Of a DNA stretch of 32,000 bases, positions 1 through 10,830 are shown one piece after another. The notes beneath the pieces were generated by a model. It saw only the letters and a program-made list of their open reading frames with translations. It was not told the DNA's origin and made no database searches. Both the position numbers and the translations under genes were made by a program. The stretch is from Cupriavidus necator (GTDB taxonomy: Bacteria > Pseudomonadota > Gammaproteobacteria > Burkholderiales > Burkholderiaceae). The stretch lies in the NCBI RefSeq assembly GCF_016127575.1, contig NZ_CP066018.1:3030001-3062000 (forward strand), in the 5' to 3' direction. The first letter of the stretch is position 1. Every line of letters starts with the position of its first letter.

Positions 1-1136
1 TGGTCGAGCCGTCGGACGGCAAGGGCTATGACCGCGACCCGCGTTCCATCGCCAAGCGCGCCGAAGCCTACCTGAAGAGCACCGGCCTGGGCGACACCGC
101 TTTCTTTGGTCCGGAGCCCGAGTTCTTCATCTTCGACGGCGTGACCTGGAACGTCGACATGCAAGGCTGCTTCGTGAAGATCCATTCCGAAGAAGCCCCG
201 TGGTCGTCGGCCAAGGAATTCGAGCACGGCAACAGCGGCCACCGTCCGGGCAAGAAGGGCGGCTACTTCCCGGTCGCCCCGATCGACACCTTCCAGGACA
301 TGCGTTCGGAAATGTGCCTGATCCTGGAATCGCTGGGCATCCCCGTTGAAGTCCACCACCACGAAGTGGCTGGCCAGGGCCAGAACGAAATCGGCACCCG
401 CTTCAGCACGCTGGTGCAGCGCGCCGACTGGACCCAGATGCAGAAGTACGTGATCCAGAACGTCGCCCACACCTACGGCAAGACCGCCACCTTCATGCCG
501 AAGCCGATCGTTGGCGACAACGGTTCGGGCATGCACGTGCACCAGTCCGTGTGGAAGGACGGCCAGAACCTGTTCGCGGGCAACGGCTACGCCGGCCTGT
601 CGGAATTCGCGCTGTACTACATCGGCGGCATCATCAAGCACGCCCGTGCCCTGAATGCCATCACCAACCCGGGCACGAACTCGTACAAGCGCCTGGTGCC
701 GGGCTTCGAAGCTCCGGTGAAGCTGGCCTACTCGGCCCGCAACCGCTCGGCTTCGATCCGCATCCCGTATGTGGCCAACCCGAAGGGCCGCCGCATCGAG
801 ACCCGCTTCCCGGATCCGCTGATGAACCCGTACCTGGGCTTCTCGGCGCTGCTGATGGCCGGCCTGGATGGCGTGATGAACAAGATCCACCCGGGCGAAG
901 CTGCCGACAAGAACCTGTACGACCTGCCGCCGGAAGAGGATGCAAAGATCCCGACCGTGTGCTCGAGCCTGGACCAGGCGCTGGAGTACCTGGACAACGA
1001 CCGCGAGTTCCTGACCCGCGGCGGCGTGTTCTCGAACTCGATGATCGATGCCTACATCGAACTGAAGATGGAAGAAGTCACGCGTTTCCGCATGACCACG
1101 CACCCGGTCGAGTTCGAAATGTACTACTCGCTGTAA
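1..1136 (+). CDS. glnA: glutamine synthetase type I, 5'-truncated by the window edge
   Basis: The frame is open from base 3 to TAA 1134-1136. The ORF track starts at an internal Met (141). The translation carries GS-I signatures: [10 protein letters not shown], the NLYDLPPEE adenylylation-loop region and the C-terminal [11 protein letters not shown]. The true start lies upstream of the window. Confidence 0.95.
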   Translation, partial: VEPSDGKGYDRDPRSIAKRAEAYLKSTGLGDTAFFGPEPEFFIFDGVTWNVDMQGCFVKIHSEEAPWSSAKEFEHGNSGHRPGKKGGYFPVAPIDTFQDMRSEMCLILESLGIPVEVHHHEVAGQGQNEIGTRFSTLVQRADWTQMQKYVIQNVAHTYGKTATFMPKPIVGDNGSGMHVHQSVWKDGQNLFAGNGYAGLSEFALYYIGGIIKHARALNAITNPGTNSYKRLVPGFEAPVKLAYSARNRSASIRIPYVANPKGRRIETRFPDPLMNPYLGFSALLMAGLDGVMNKIHPGEAADKNLYDLPPEEDAKIPTVCSSLDQALEYLDNDREFLTRGGVFSNSMIDAYIELKMEEVTRFRMTTHPVEFEMYYSL

Positions 1137-1189
1137 GCGGCCTTTGCCCGGGAATGACGCAGGTTGTGGCCGGGCAACAGTTGCACCAG

Positions 1190-1223
1190 AAAGGGGCGGC
1201 TTCGGCTGTCCCTTTTTGCTTTG
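1190..1223 (+). terminator. intrinsic terminator after glnA
   Basis: Stem aaaggggcggc / gctgtcccttt (11 bp including two G-U pairs) with a ttcg loop, followed by tttttgctttg. It lies about 50 nt after the glnA stop. Confidence 0.7.
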
Positions 1224-1270
1224 CTCGCTAGAATGGGGAATCGTGTTCCATCCCGTTCAAGCCTAACGCC

Positions 1271-1852
1271 ATGTTCATGGACGCCTCTTCACGCACGGCC
1301 CGCCGGACCCTGACCTTGCCCCGATCTCTGCACCAATTTCGTCTCGGATTCCCTGTTCTGGTGAGTGCTGTGGCGCTGACGCTGGGCGCGTGGGCCGGGC
1401 AGTCTTCCGCGCAGTCCTCGGACGTCTATGTCTGCACCGGGCCCAATGGCGTGCCCGAGTATCGCAATGGCAACGCGGGCAAGGGCTGCAAGAAGCTGAA
1501 CCTGCCGGAGGTGGTGACGGTCCCGGGCGGGCGTACCGCTGCGCCGGCCAAGGGCGCTGGCAGCACCGCCGGCGCGGCGGCTGGCGGCACCAGCTTCCCG
1601 CGCGTGGACAGTGCCACGCAGAAGAGCCGCGACGGTGAGCGCCGCGCGGTGCTCTCGCAGGAGCTGCAGGCCGAAGAGGCCAAGCTGCAGGCGCTGCGTG
1701 CCGAGTACAACAACGGCCAGCCGGAGCGCCAGGGCAATGAGCGCAACTATCAGAAATACCTCGATCGCACGGCAGCGCTGCGCGACGACATCGCCCGCAG
1801 CGAGGCCAATGCGGCGTCGCTGCGGCGCGAGCTTGGCAATTTGAAGGACTAG
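1271..1852 (+). CDS. secreted/periplasmic DUF4124-like protein with a coiled-coil C-terminus
   Basis: 193-aa ORF with a hydrophobic signal-like N-terminus ending AGQSSAQS. The module VYVCTGPNGVPEYRNGNAGKGCKKL resembles DUF4124. An Ala/Gly linker and a charged heptad-like tail (LQAEEAKLQALRAEY) follow. The stop is 4 nt before the ntrB ATG. The start (1271 or 1277) is uncertain. Confidence 0.65.
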   Translation: MFMDASSRTARRTLTLPRSLHQFRLGFPVLVSAVALTLGAWAGQSSAQSSDVYVCTGPNGVPEYRNGNAGKGCKKLNLPEVVTVPGGRTAAPAKGAGSTAGAAAGGTSFPRVDSATQKSRDGERRAVLSQELQAEEAKLQALRAEYNNGQPERQGNERNYQKYLDRTAALRDDIARSEANAASLRRELGNLKD

Positions 1853-1856
1853 TCTT

Positions 1857-3035
1857 ATGCGTCGCCTGATTCGCGGAGTGTCGCGCAAGGCCAGCGGTGC
1901 CGACGGCGCCCGTGGCGAATCGCCGGCGGCTGATGCGGCGCCGGCCGAAGGCAGCGCCCAGGTGCTGACCATGGGCGCCGTGGCGTTCCATGCCGGCCTG
2001 GACGTAGTGGCCAACCCGGTGCTGCTGGTGCAGCAGCCGGGGCTGCGCGTCGTCTTTGCGAACCCGGCCGCTGAAGCCACCTTCGGCGTGTCGCGCAAGG
2101 GCATGGTGGAGCTGACGCTGCCTGACCTGTTCGGGCGTTCCGATGAGCTGCACAGCATGATCGACACCGTGGTCACGCGGCAGTTCGACGTGCGCCGGCA
2201 GGACCTGATCCTGCACCCGCCGCTGCAGGAGCCGGCCCATGTGCACGTGGTGATCTCCGCGCTGGAAGCGGTCGGCGACACCGTGGTGGTGGAAATCCTG
2301 CCCAATGAACAGAAGGTGCGCAGCGAACGCGAAGAACGCATCCTGGACCTGACCTCGGCCAACAAGGAACTGATCCGCAACCTGGCCCACGAAATCAAGA
2401 ACCCGCTGGGCGGCATTCGCGGCGCGGCGCAGCTGCTGGAGTTCGAGCTGCCGGAGCGCTCGCTGCGCGAATACACGCAGGTCATCATCAAGGAATCGGA
2501 CCGGCTGCAGACGCTGGTGGACCGGCTGCTGGAGCCGCACCGGCATCCGCATATCGTGTCCAGCCTGAATATCCACGAAGTGCTGGAGCGCGTGCGCTCG
2601 GTGGTGCTGGCGGAGTTCCCCAACGGGCTGGAGATCGTGCGCGACTACGACGCCAGCCTGCCCGAGCTGCAGGGCGACATGGAGCAACTGATCCAGGCCG
2701 TGCTCAACATCGTGCACAACGCCGCGCAGGCGCTGGCCGACCGCATGGCGCGCGGCGATGCACAGATCGTGCTGCGCACGCGCGTGGCGCGCCAGGTCAC
2801 GATTGCCAAGCGCTTGTTCAAGCTGGCATTGGACTTGCATGTCATCGACAACGGCCCGGGAATTTCCGAAGACATCCGCGAACGCATCTTCTATCCGCTG
2901 GTATCGGGCAGGGATGGCGGCAGCGGACTCGGTCTCACACTCGCTCAAACCTTCGTGCAGCAGCACGAGGGCTTGATCGAATGCGAGAGCAGGCCGGGCT
3001 GTACCGACTTCCGCATCCTGCTGCCGCTGCACTAG
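1857..3035 (+). CDS. ntrB: nitrogen regulation sensor histidine kinase NtrB
   Basis: H-box HEIKNPLGGIRGAAQLL, N-box HNAAQAL, G-boxes DNGPGI and GGSGLGL. It sits directly upstream of ntrC and downstream of glnA. Confidence 0.92.
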   Translation: MRRLIRGVSRKASGADGARGESPAADAAPAEGSAQVLTMGAVAFHAGLDVVANPVLLVQQPGLRVVFANPAAEATFGVSRKGMVELTLPDLFGRSDELHSMIDTVVTRQFDVRRQDLILHPPLQEPAHVHVVISALEAVGDTVVVEILPNEQKVRSEREERILDLTSANKELIRNLAHEIKNPLGGIRGAAQLLEFELPERSLREYTQVIIKESDRLQTLVDRLLEPHRHPHIVSSLNIHEVLERVRSVVLAEFPNGLEIVRDYDASLPELQGDMEQLIQAVLNIVHNAAQALADRMARGDAQIVLRTRVARQVTIAKRLFKLALDLHVIDNGPGISEDIRERIFYPLVSGRDGGSGLGLTLAQTFVQQHEGLIECESRPGCTDFRILLPLH

Positions 3036-3122
3036 CTTTTGCTGCCGTCCGCGAGCGATGGTGCATCCGCCGTGGCCGGGCATGCGGAAGACCAAATGAC
3101 ACCGAGCAGACAAGCGACGCAC

Positions 3123-4670
3123 ATGAAGCCGATCTGGATAGTCGACGACGATCAATCAATCCGCTGGGTCCTGGAAAAGGCCCTGGCCCGTGAAAGCCTG
3201 CTCTCGCGCAGCTTCACCAATGTGCGGGATGCGCTGGCCGCGCTGGAAGAAGACCAGCCCCAGGTGCTGATATCGGATATCCGCATGCCCGGCGGATCGG
3301 GCCTGGACCTGCTGCAGGCCATCAAGGCGCGGCATCCGGGCCTGCCGGTCATCGTGATGACGGCCTACTCTGACCTGGACAGCGCCGTGGCCGCGTTCCA
3401 GGGCGGTGCCTTCGAATACCTGGCCAAGCCCTTCGATGTCGACAAGGCGGTTGAGCTGATCCGCCGCGCGCTGGAAGAAAGCCTGCGCGAGGAAGAACTG
3501 GACGACCGCCTCGTCGATGCGCCCGAGATCCTCGGCCAGGCGCCGGCGATGCAGGACGTGTTCCGCGCCATCGGCCGGCTCTCGCAGTCCAACGTGACGG
3601 TGATGATCACCGGCGAGTCTGGCACCGGCAAGGAGCTGGTCGCACGCGCGCTGCACAAGCACAGCCCGCGTGCCAACGGTCCCTTTATCGCGCTCAATAC
3701 CGCGGCCATCCCCAAGGACCTGCTCGAATCCGAACTGTTCGGCCATGAGCGCGGCGCCTTCACCGGTGCGCAGACCATGCGGCGCGGCCGCTTCGAGCAG
3801 GCCGAGGGCGGCACGCTGTTCCTCGACGAAATCGGCGATATGCCGTTCGACCTGCAGACGCGCCTGCTGCGCGTGCTGTCCGATGGCAACTTCTATCGTG
3901 TCGGCGGCCACAACCCCTTGCGCGCCAATGTGCGCGTGATTGCCGCCACCCACCAGAACCTGGAGCTGCGCGTCAAGGAAGGGCTGTTCCGCGAGGACTT
4001 GTTCCACCGCCTGAACGTGATCCGGTTGCGCCTGCCGCCGCTGCGCGAACGCCCGGAGGACATCACGCTGCTGGCGCGTCATTTCCTGCAGAAGAGCGCC
4101 AAGGAACTGGGCGTCGAGCCCAAGCGCATGTCCGACGAAGCGCTGGCCTATGTCAGCACGCTGCCATTCCCCGGCAACGTGCGCCAGCTGGAGAACCTGT
4201 GCAACTGGCTGACCGTGATGGCGCCGGCCCAGACCATCGAGGTCAAGGACCTGCCGCGCGAGATGCTGGAAGCCGGCACCAGCGAGCCGGTCAATGCGCC
4301 GCGGCCCGAGCGCGTTGCCGAAGCGCGCGCGCCCGAGTATGAAAGCGCGCCTGACCTGGCCGACTACGGCGGCTACGCGACGACGGTGGCAGAGGCCGAC
4401 ACGGCCACCGCAGTCCGGCCCGCGTCCGTGGCGACGGTGGTCCCGGCCCTGGCCTCGGCCGGCTGGGAAAGCCTGCTCGCCGGCGAAGCACGGGCAATGC
4501 TCGAAGCCGGCCAGCCGGAGGTCATGGATGTGCTGACGCGCCGCTTCGAGAAGGCCGTGCTGGAGGCCGCGCTGGGTGTCACGCGCGGGCGCCGCGTCGA
4601 GGCGGCGACCCGGCTCGGGATCGGGCGCAATACCATCACGCGCAAGCTGCAGGAGCTTGGGTTCGACTGA
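3123..4670 (+). CDS. ntrC: sigma-54-dependent nitrogen response regulator NtrC
   Basis: Start placed at ATG 3123 (MKPIWIVDDDQSIRW, a typical receiver N-terminus) rather than 3039. Receiver Asp context ISDIRMPG, AAA+ Walker A GESGTGKE, sigma-54 contact GAFTGA, C-terminal Fis-type HTH GRNTITRKLQELG. Confidence 0.93.
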   Translation: MKPIWIVDDDQSIRWVLEKALARESLLSRSFTNVRDALAALEEDQPQVLISDIRMPGGSGLDLLQAIKARHPGLPVIVMTAYSDLDSAVAAFQGGAFEYLAKPFDVDKAVELIRRALEESLREEELDDRLVDAPEILGQAPAMQDVFRAIGRLSQSNVTVMITGESGTGKELVARALHKHSPRANGPFIALNTAAIPKDLLESELFGHERGAFTGAQTMRRGRFEQAEGGTLFLDEIGDMPFDLQTRLLRVLSDGNFYRVGGHNPLRANVRVIAATHQNLELRVKEGLFREDLFHRLNVIRLRLPPLRERPEDITLLARHFLQKSAKELGVEPKRMSDEALAYVSTLPFPGNVRQLENLCNWLTVMAPAQTIEVKDLPREMLEAGTSEPVNAPRPERVAEARAPEYESAPDLADYGGYATTVAEADTATAVRPASVATVVPALASAGWESLLAGEARAMLEAGQPEVMDVLTRRFEKAVLEAALGVTRGRRVEAATRLGIGRNTITRKLQELGFD

Positions 4671-4693
4671 GCCAGGGCAGGGCGGGTGACCAG

Positions 4694-4735
4694 AAAAACC
4701 GGCCGGGACTTTCCCGGCCGGTTTTCTTGTTTTGC
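4694..4735. terminator. bidirectional intrinsic terminator between convergent ntrC and the HAD gene
   Basis: aaaaccggccggga-ctt-tcccggccggtttt is a perfect GC-rich stem flanked by an A-run upstream and ttttcttgttttg downstream, so it can terminate either strand. Confidence 0.8.
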
Positions 4736-4744
4736 GTGAGGTAT

Positions 4745-5536
4745 TCAGCCGCGCGCTTCGACCAGCCGCTGCGCCATCTCGGCAAAGCCCTCGCCACCGG
4801 CCGCTGCGGTGATATAGGCCGGCGGCACCGGCAGCTGCGGCAGGATGTCGCGCACATTGGCCACGCCAACCGACAGCGGAAAGTGGGCGAACATGCTGGC
4901 ATCGTTGGCCGAATCGCCGATAAACAGCCATTCGTCGCGGCGCGCGTCCACGTCTTCGCCCAGCAGTTCGGCCACGCACAGCCTGCTCATCGACAGCTTG
5001 TCGTGCAGGCCGAACCAGCCGTTGACATGGATCGAGCTGACCGTGGCGGTCATGCCGGCCTCGCGCATGATGGCGGCGATGCGGGCCACGGCGTCTGCAG
5101 GCAACGGCGCGACGTCCTCGGCATGGTCGATGGCCAGGTCGGCGGCATGCCAGGCCTGGTCCGAGGCCAGCGCGCAGCCCGGCACTTCGCGCACGATGCG
5201 CTGGCCCAGCGCTTCGATGCGCTCCAGGTTGCGCGCGCGCGTGGCGGCATCGTCCAGGAAGCGGGTCTGCAGGCGGCCGTTGTGCAAGTGCGAGTAGAAC
5301 GCACCGTTCTCGCCGATGATGGCGTCGACCGGCCACAGCCGGGTCAGGATCTCGGCCCAGGCGATGCAGCGCCCGGTGACCGGGATCACGTGCAGGCCCG
5401 CGCGGCGCAGCCCGTCGAGCGCCAGGTAGGTCGAGGCCGGCAGCCGCCCGTCGGTGGTCAGGGTGCCGTCGATGTCGGTCAGCACGCCGCGCACGCGCTG
5501 CAGCACGGAATTAGAGAGCTTGTTCAGGGATTGCAT
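4745..5536 (-). CDS. HAD-IIB family hydrolase (Cof / sugar-phosphatase-like)
   Basis: Motif I DIDGTL, motif IV GDSANDASMF, and the cap region IPVTGR. Start placed at MQSLNK (5536) instead of 5569. Confidence 0.8.
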   Translation of the reverse strand: MQSLNKLSNSVLQRVRGVLTDIDGTLTTDGRLPASTYLALDGLRRAGLHVIPVTGRCIAWAEILTRLWPVDAIIGENGAFYSHLHNGRLQTRFLDDAATRARNLERIEALGQRIVREVPGCALASDQAWHAADLAIDHAEDVAPLPADAVARIAAIMREAGMTATVSSIHVNGWFGLHDKLSMSRLCVAELLGEDVDARRDEWLFIGDSANDASMFAHFPLSVGVANVRDILPQLPVPPAYITAAAGGEGFAEMAQRLVEARG

Positions 5537-5660
5537 GGCGGGCCATTGTAACCGCGGATCTGGCGGCAATTTCCCTTATTGCACTGCAAAAGGCATCGTA
5601 CTGGCCATACTGGTGAATCTGCTGATTTGCTAGCTCAGGTGCGACAGGCGTAACATGCCG

Positions 5661-5688
5661 CTGTCACAAAAAAATCACATACTGTCGG
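5661..5688 (+). promoter_or_regulatory. candidate PhoB box upstream of ugpB
   Basis: CTGTCAC-aaaa-AAATCAC-ata-CTGTCGG. These are direct repeats related to CTGTCAT at roughly 11-bp phasing, 44 nt upstream of the ugpB ATG. RBS aaaggagag lies at 5719-5727. Confidence 0.45.
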
Positions 5689-5731
5689 ATTTTCGACCGA
5701 CCGGAACAGACAGACCAAAGGAGAGCCACCG

Positions 5732-7048
5732 ATGTCCTTATCCCGTACCGTGCTCAAACTCGCAGCGCTGGCAGCCCTGACCGGGGCCGGCAGCGCCCAC
5801 GCCGCCGTTGAAATCCAGTGGTGGCACGCCATGCAGGGCGCCCTGAACGACAAGGTGAACGAGATCGCCAACAAGTTCAACGCCAGCCAGTCCGAATACA
5901 AGGTGGTGCCGGTCAACAAGGGCAACTACGACGAAACCATGGCTGCGGGCATTGCGGCCTTCCGCGCCGGTGGCTCGCCCGCCATCCTGCAGGTGTTTGA
6001 AGTGGGCACCGCCACCATGATGAGCGCCAAGGGCGCGATCAAGCCGGTATCGGCGGTGATGAAGGACGCCGGCGAGAAGTTCGACCAGAAGGCCTATATC
6101 CCGGCGGTGGCGGGCTACTACACCTCGTCCAAGGGCGAGATGCTGTCGTTCCCGTTCAACAGCTCGACCACGGTGTTCTACTACAACAAGGACGCCTTCA
6201 AGAAGGCCGGCCTGGATCCGGAAAAGCCGCCCAAGACCTGGCCCGAGGTGATGCAGTACTCGGCCAAGCTCAAGGCCTCGGGCACCAACTGCGCCTACAC
6301 CACCGACTGGCAGGGCTGGGTCCACCTGGAGAGCTTCTCGGCCTGGCACAACACGCTGTACGCGACCAAGAACAACGGCTTCGGCGGCACCGACACGCGC
6401 CTGCTCTTCAACAGCCCGCTGCACGTCAAGCACATCACCAACCTGCAGGACATGGTGAAGAAGGGCTATTTCAGCTACGGCGGGCGCAAGGCTGAGTCGC
6501 AGGCCAAGTTCTACAACGGCGAGTGCGCGATGTTCACCGGCTCGTCGGCATCGCTGGCCAATATCCGCAAGAATGCCAAGTTCGCGTTCGCGGTGGCACA
6601 GCTGCCGTATTACCCGGAGGTGCAGGGTGCCCCGCAGAACACCATCATCGGCGGCGCTTCGCTGTGGGTGATGGGCGGCAAGAAGCCCGACGAGTACAAG
6701 GGCGTGGCCAAGTTCTTCAATTTCCTGTCGCGCCCCGAGATCCAGTCTGACTGGCACCAGGCCACCGGCTACCTGCCGGTGACGATGGCCGCCTACGAGA
6801 TGACGAAGAAATCGGGCTACTACGACAAGAACCCGGGTGCCGATGTGTCGGTGCAGCAGATGGTGGTCAAGACCACCGACAAGTCGCGCGGCGTGCGCCT
6901 GGGCAACATGGTGCAGATCCGCACCGTGGTGGACGAGGAACTGGAAGCCGTCTGGGCCGGCAAGAAGGAGCCCAAGGCGGCGCTGGACTCGGCCGTGGCC
7001 CGCGGCAATGATCTGCTGGAGCGCTTCCAGAAGACTGCCCGCGAGTAA
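5732..7048 (+). CDS. ugpB: sn-glycerol-3-phosphate ABC transporter substrate-binding protein
   Basis: 438 aa with a signal peptide ([18 protein letters not shown]) and a family-1 SBP-like sequence. It heads a ugpBAECQ-ordered operon. Confidence 0.9.
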   Translation: MSLSRTVLKLAALAALTGAGSAHAAVEIQWWHAMQGALNDKVNEIANKFNASQSEYKVVPVNKGNYDETMAAGIAAFRAGGSPAILQVFEVGTATMMSAKGAIKPVSAVMKDAGEKFDQKAYIPAVAGYYTSSKGEMLSFPFNSSTTVFYYNKDAFKKAGLDPEKPPKTWPEVMQYSAKLKASGTNCAYTTDWQGWVHLESFSAWHNTLYATKNNGFGGTDTRLLFNSPLHVKHITNLQDMVKKGYFSYGGRKAESQAKFYNGECAMFTGSSASLANIRKNAKFAFAVAQLPYYPEVQGAPQNTIIGGASLWVMGGKKPDEYKGVAKFFNFLSRPEIQSDWHQATGYLPVTMAAYEMTKKSGYYDKNPGADVSVQQMVVKTTDKSRGVRLGNMVQIRTVVDEELEAVWAGKKEPKAALDSAVARGNDLLERFQKTARE

Positions 7049-7075
7049 GCCGGCATAGCCAGCAAGCTGATGTGA

Positions 7076-7108
7076 CAATCGGGCGGTGGCGAAACCTCCG
7101 CCCGATTG
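7076..7108 (+). promoter_or_regulatory. intercistronic stem-loop between ugpB and ugpA
   Basis: CAATCGGGCGG-tggcgaaacct-CCGCCCGATTG is a perfect 11-bp stem with no following T-run. Confidence 0.6.
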
Positions 7109-7201
7109 CATTGTGGACGGCCCTGTCTCACCGATCGGGGCCCTCCGCAACTCCGTACCTAGTCCGATGCCGCGACCCGCAGCATTCGCCGGAATCCGTT
7201 C

Positions 7202-8083
7202 ATGGAAAAACGCGTCGTTTTCCGTTCGCCGTGGCTGCCGTATCTGCTGGTGTTGCCGCAGATCGCGATCACGCTGATCTTCTTCTTCCTGCCCGCCGGG
7301 CAGGCGCTGTACCAGTCGATGCTGCAGCAGGATGCCTTCGGCATCAACCTTGAGTTCGTCGGCCTCGACAACTTCCGCATGCTGTGGAACGACCCGCTGT
7401 ACGTGGAGTCGTTCCAGACCACCGCCATCTTTGCCGTGGGCGTGACCGTGGTGGGCCTGACTACCGCGCTGCTGCTGGCCTATTTTGCCGACCGCATCAT
7501 CCGCGGCGCCGTCGGCTACAAGACGTTGCTGATCTGGCCGTATGCGGTGGCGCCGGCCGTGGCCGGCGTGCTGTGGATGTTCATGTTCAACCCGACGCTG
7601 GGCGTGGTGTCCTATGCGCTGCGCAAGCTCGGCGTGGAATGGAACTTCCTGCTCAATGGCGACCAGGCATTGCTGCTGGTGGTGCTGGCCGCCGCCTGGA
7701 AGCAGATCAGCTACAACTTCCTGTTCTTCCTGGCGGGTCTGCAGAGCATCCCGCGCTCGCTGATCGAGGCCGCCGCCATCGACGGCGCCGGCCCATGGCG
7801 CCGCTTCTGGTCGATCATGTTCCCGCTGCTGTCGCCGACCACCTTCTTCCTGATGGTGATCAACGTGGTCTACGCGTTCTTCGATACCTTCGCGATCATC
7901 GACGCGGTCACCCACGGCGGCCCGTTCAATTCGACCAACACGCTGGTCTACAAGGTCTTCCATGACGGCTTCCGCGGCATGGACATCGGGGGCTCGGCCG
8001 CGCAGTCGGTGGTGCTGATGGTGATCGTGATCGCGCTGACCGTGGTGCAGTTCCGCTATGTTGAACGCAAGGTCCAGTACTGA
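7202..8083 (+). CDS. ugpA: sn-glycerol-3-phosphate ABC transporter permease
   Basis: The N-terminus [15 protein letters not shown] parallels enteric UgpA. EAA loop [23 protein letters not shown]. Multi-TM protein. Confidence 0.9.
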   Translation: MEKRVVFRSPWLPYLLVLPQIAITLIFFFLPAGQALYQSMLQQDAFGINLEFVGLDNFRMLWNDPLYVESFQTTAIFAVGVTVVGLTTALLLAYFADRIIRGAVGYKTLLIWPYAVAPAVAGVLWMFMFNPTLGVVSYALRKLGVEWNFLLNGDQALLLVVLAAAWKQISYNFLFFLAGLQSIPRSLIEAAAIDGAGPWRRFWSIMFPLLSPTTFFLMVINVVYAFFDTFAIIDAVTHGGPFNSTNTLVYKVFHDGFRGMDIGGSAAQSVVLMVIVIALTVVQFRYVERKVQY

Positions 8084-8095
8084 CGGAGACAGCAC

Positions 8096-8944
8096 ATGGT
8101 AGAACGTCGCCCCTTCCTTGATTTCCTGAGCCATGCGGTGCTGATCCTGGGCATCGTGATCGTGGTGTTCCCGGTGTACCTGACCTTCGTTGCGTCCACG
8201 CTGACCGCCGAAGAGGTGCTGGACGCGCCGATGACGCTGATCCCAGGCAGCCACCTGATCGAGAACTATCGCACCGTGCTGTTCCAGGGCGTGGGCGAGG
8301 CCGCATCGCCTGTCTCGACCATGATGAAGAACAGCCTGATCATGGCGCTGGGCATTGCGCTGGGCAAGATCGCGATCTCGATCATCTCGGCCTTTGCCAT
8401 CGTCTATTTCAAGTTCCCGCTGCGCAAGACCTTCTTCTGGCTGATCTTCATCACGCTGATGCTGCCGGTGGAGGTGCGCATCCTGCCGACCTACAAGGTG
8501 GTGTCGGACCTCGGCATGCTGGACAGTTACTTTGGCCTGACCGTCCCGATCATCGCGTCGGCCACCGCCACCTTCCTGTTCCGCCAGTTCTTCCTGACCA
8601 TTCCGGACGAGCTGGCCGAGGCCGCGCGCATCGACGGCGCCGGGCCGCTGCGATTCTTCTGGGACGTGGTGCTGCCGCTGTCGCGCACCAGCATCGCCGC
8701 GCTCTTCGTGATCCAGTTTATCTACGGCTGGAACCAGTACCTGTGGCCGCTGCTGATCACCACGCAGAAGTCGATGACGCCGGTGGTGGTGGGCGTGACG
8801 CAGATGATCTCGCGCTCGGGTGACGCGGCCACCGACTGGAACCTGGTGATGGCCACCGTGATGCTGGCGATGATCCCGCCGGCGGTGGTGGTGGTGCTGA
8901 TGCAGAAGTGGTTCGTCAAGGGCCTGGTCGAAACGGAAAAATAA
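8096..8944 (+). CDS. ugpE: sn-glycerol-3-phosphate ABC transporter permease
   Basis: EAA loop [22 protein letters not shown], multi-TM protein, positioned after ugpA. Confidence 0.9.
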   Translation: MVERRPFLDFLSHAVLILGIVIVVFPVYLTFVASTLTAEEVLDAPMTLIPGSHLIENYRTVLFQGVGEAASPVSTMMKNSLIMALGIALGKIAISIISAFAIVYFKFPLRKTFFWLIFITLMLPVEVRILPTYKVVSDLGMLDSYFGLTVPIIASATATFLFRQFFLTIPDELAEAARIDGAGPLRFFWDVVLPLSRTSIAALFVIQFIYGWNQYLWPLLITTQKSMTPVVVGVTQMISRSGDAATDWNLVMATVMLAMIPPAVVVVLMQKWFVKGLVETEK

Positions 8945-8981
8945 GGCGCGGTGGCCACGAGCCACGCGCAGGACAACAGCA

Positions 8982-10082
<1,101 letters not shown>

Positions 10083-10083
10083 C

Positions 10084-10830
10084 ATGACCAGCGTAACCGA
10101 CACTGCCTGGCGGTACCCGAGCCATATCGCGCACCGCGGCGCCGGCAAGCTGGCGCCGGAGAACACGCTGGCAGCGTTTCGCCACGGCGCCGGCTTTGGC
10201 TACCGGATGTTCGAGTTCGACGTGAAGCTGTCGGCCGACGGCAAGCCGGTGCTGATGCACGACGCCACGCTGGACCGCACCACCAGCGGCCAGGGCAGGG
10301 TGGATGCGCTGACACTGGGCGAACTCGCGCAGCTGGACGCCGGCACGTGGCACAGCCCCGCCTTCGCCGGCGAGCCCGTGCCGACGCTGGCGGCCATCGC
10401 ACGCTATACCCAGGCCAACGGCTTGATGGTCAATATCGAGATCAAGCCAGTGCCCGGCACCGAGGCGCGCACCGGTGCGGCAGTGGCGCTGGACGCGCAG
10501 TCGCTGTGGGCGGCTGCCGCGGTGCCGCCGTTGCTGTCATCGTTTTCTGAAGAGGCGCTGGCCGCCGCGGCGCGCGTCGCGCCGGACCTGCCGCGCGCGC
10601 TGCTGCTCGACCAGCTGCCCGCGGACTGGCTGGAGCGGCTGCGCCGGCTGGGCTGCGTGGCGCTGGATGCCAACCACCGCGAACTGGATGCCGGCGTGAT
10701 CGCCGCCGCGCACGCGGCCGGTTTCCGGGTCCTCTGCTATACCGTGAACGATCCGGCGCGGGCGGCGCAGTTGCTGGCCTGGGGCCTGGACGGGCTGATC
10801 ACAGACGCCGTCGACCAGATCGCGCCTTGA
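10084..10830 (+). CDS. ugpQ: glycerophosphodiester phosphodiesterase
   Basis: Start placed at ATG 10084 (MTSVTD), 2 nt after the ugpC stop. GDPD signature HRGAGKLAPENTLAAF matches the enteric UgpQ N-terminus. Confidence 0.88.
   Translation: MTSVTDTAWRYPSHIAHRGAGKLAPENTLAAFRHGAGFGYRMFEFDVKLSADGKPVLMHDATLDRTTSGQGRVDALTLGELAQLDAGTWHSPAFAGEPVPTLAAIARYTQANGLMVNIEIKPVPGTEARTGAAVALDAQSLWAAAAVPPLLSSFSEEALAAAARVAPDLPRALLLDQLPADWLERLRRLGCVALDANHRELDAGVIAAAHAAGFRVLCYTVNDPARAAQLLAWGLDGLITDAVDQIAP

Noticed and set aside
1167-1185. A sigma-54-like TGGCC...TTGCA element after glnA that could drive ntrBC.
   Set aside because: The GG and GC dinucleotides are 3 nt too far apart relative to TGGCAC-N5-TTGC. 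It also lies upstream of the glnA terminator.
3039-3122. Longer ORF-track starts for ntrC (3039), HAD (5569), ugpQ (10048), lpdA (15380), zapE (16895), fnr (27307) and the FixH-like ORF (25782).
   Set aside because: Downstream start codons give canonical family N-termini. They also have better SD spacing or avoid overlap with the upstream gene or hairpin. The extensions are low-complexity read-through of intergenic sequence.
5579-5615. The palindrome TTGCAcTGCAA and the direct repeat TACTGG-cca-TACTGG in the HAD/ugpB divergent region, considered as operator sites.
   Set aside because: They are short, match no regulator consensus I recognise, and are compatible with chance in a 195-bp AT-richer spacer.
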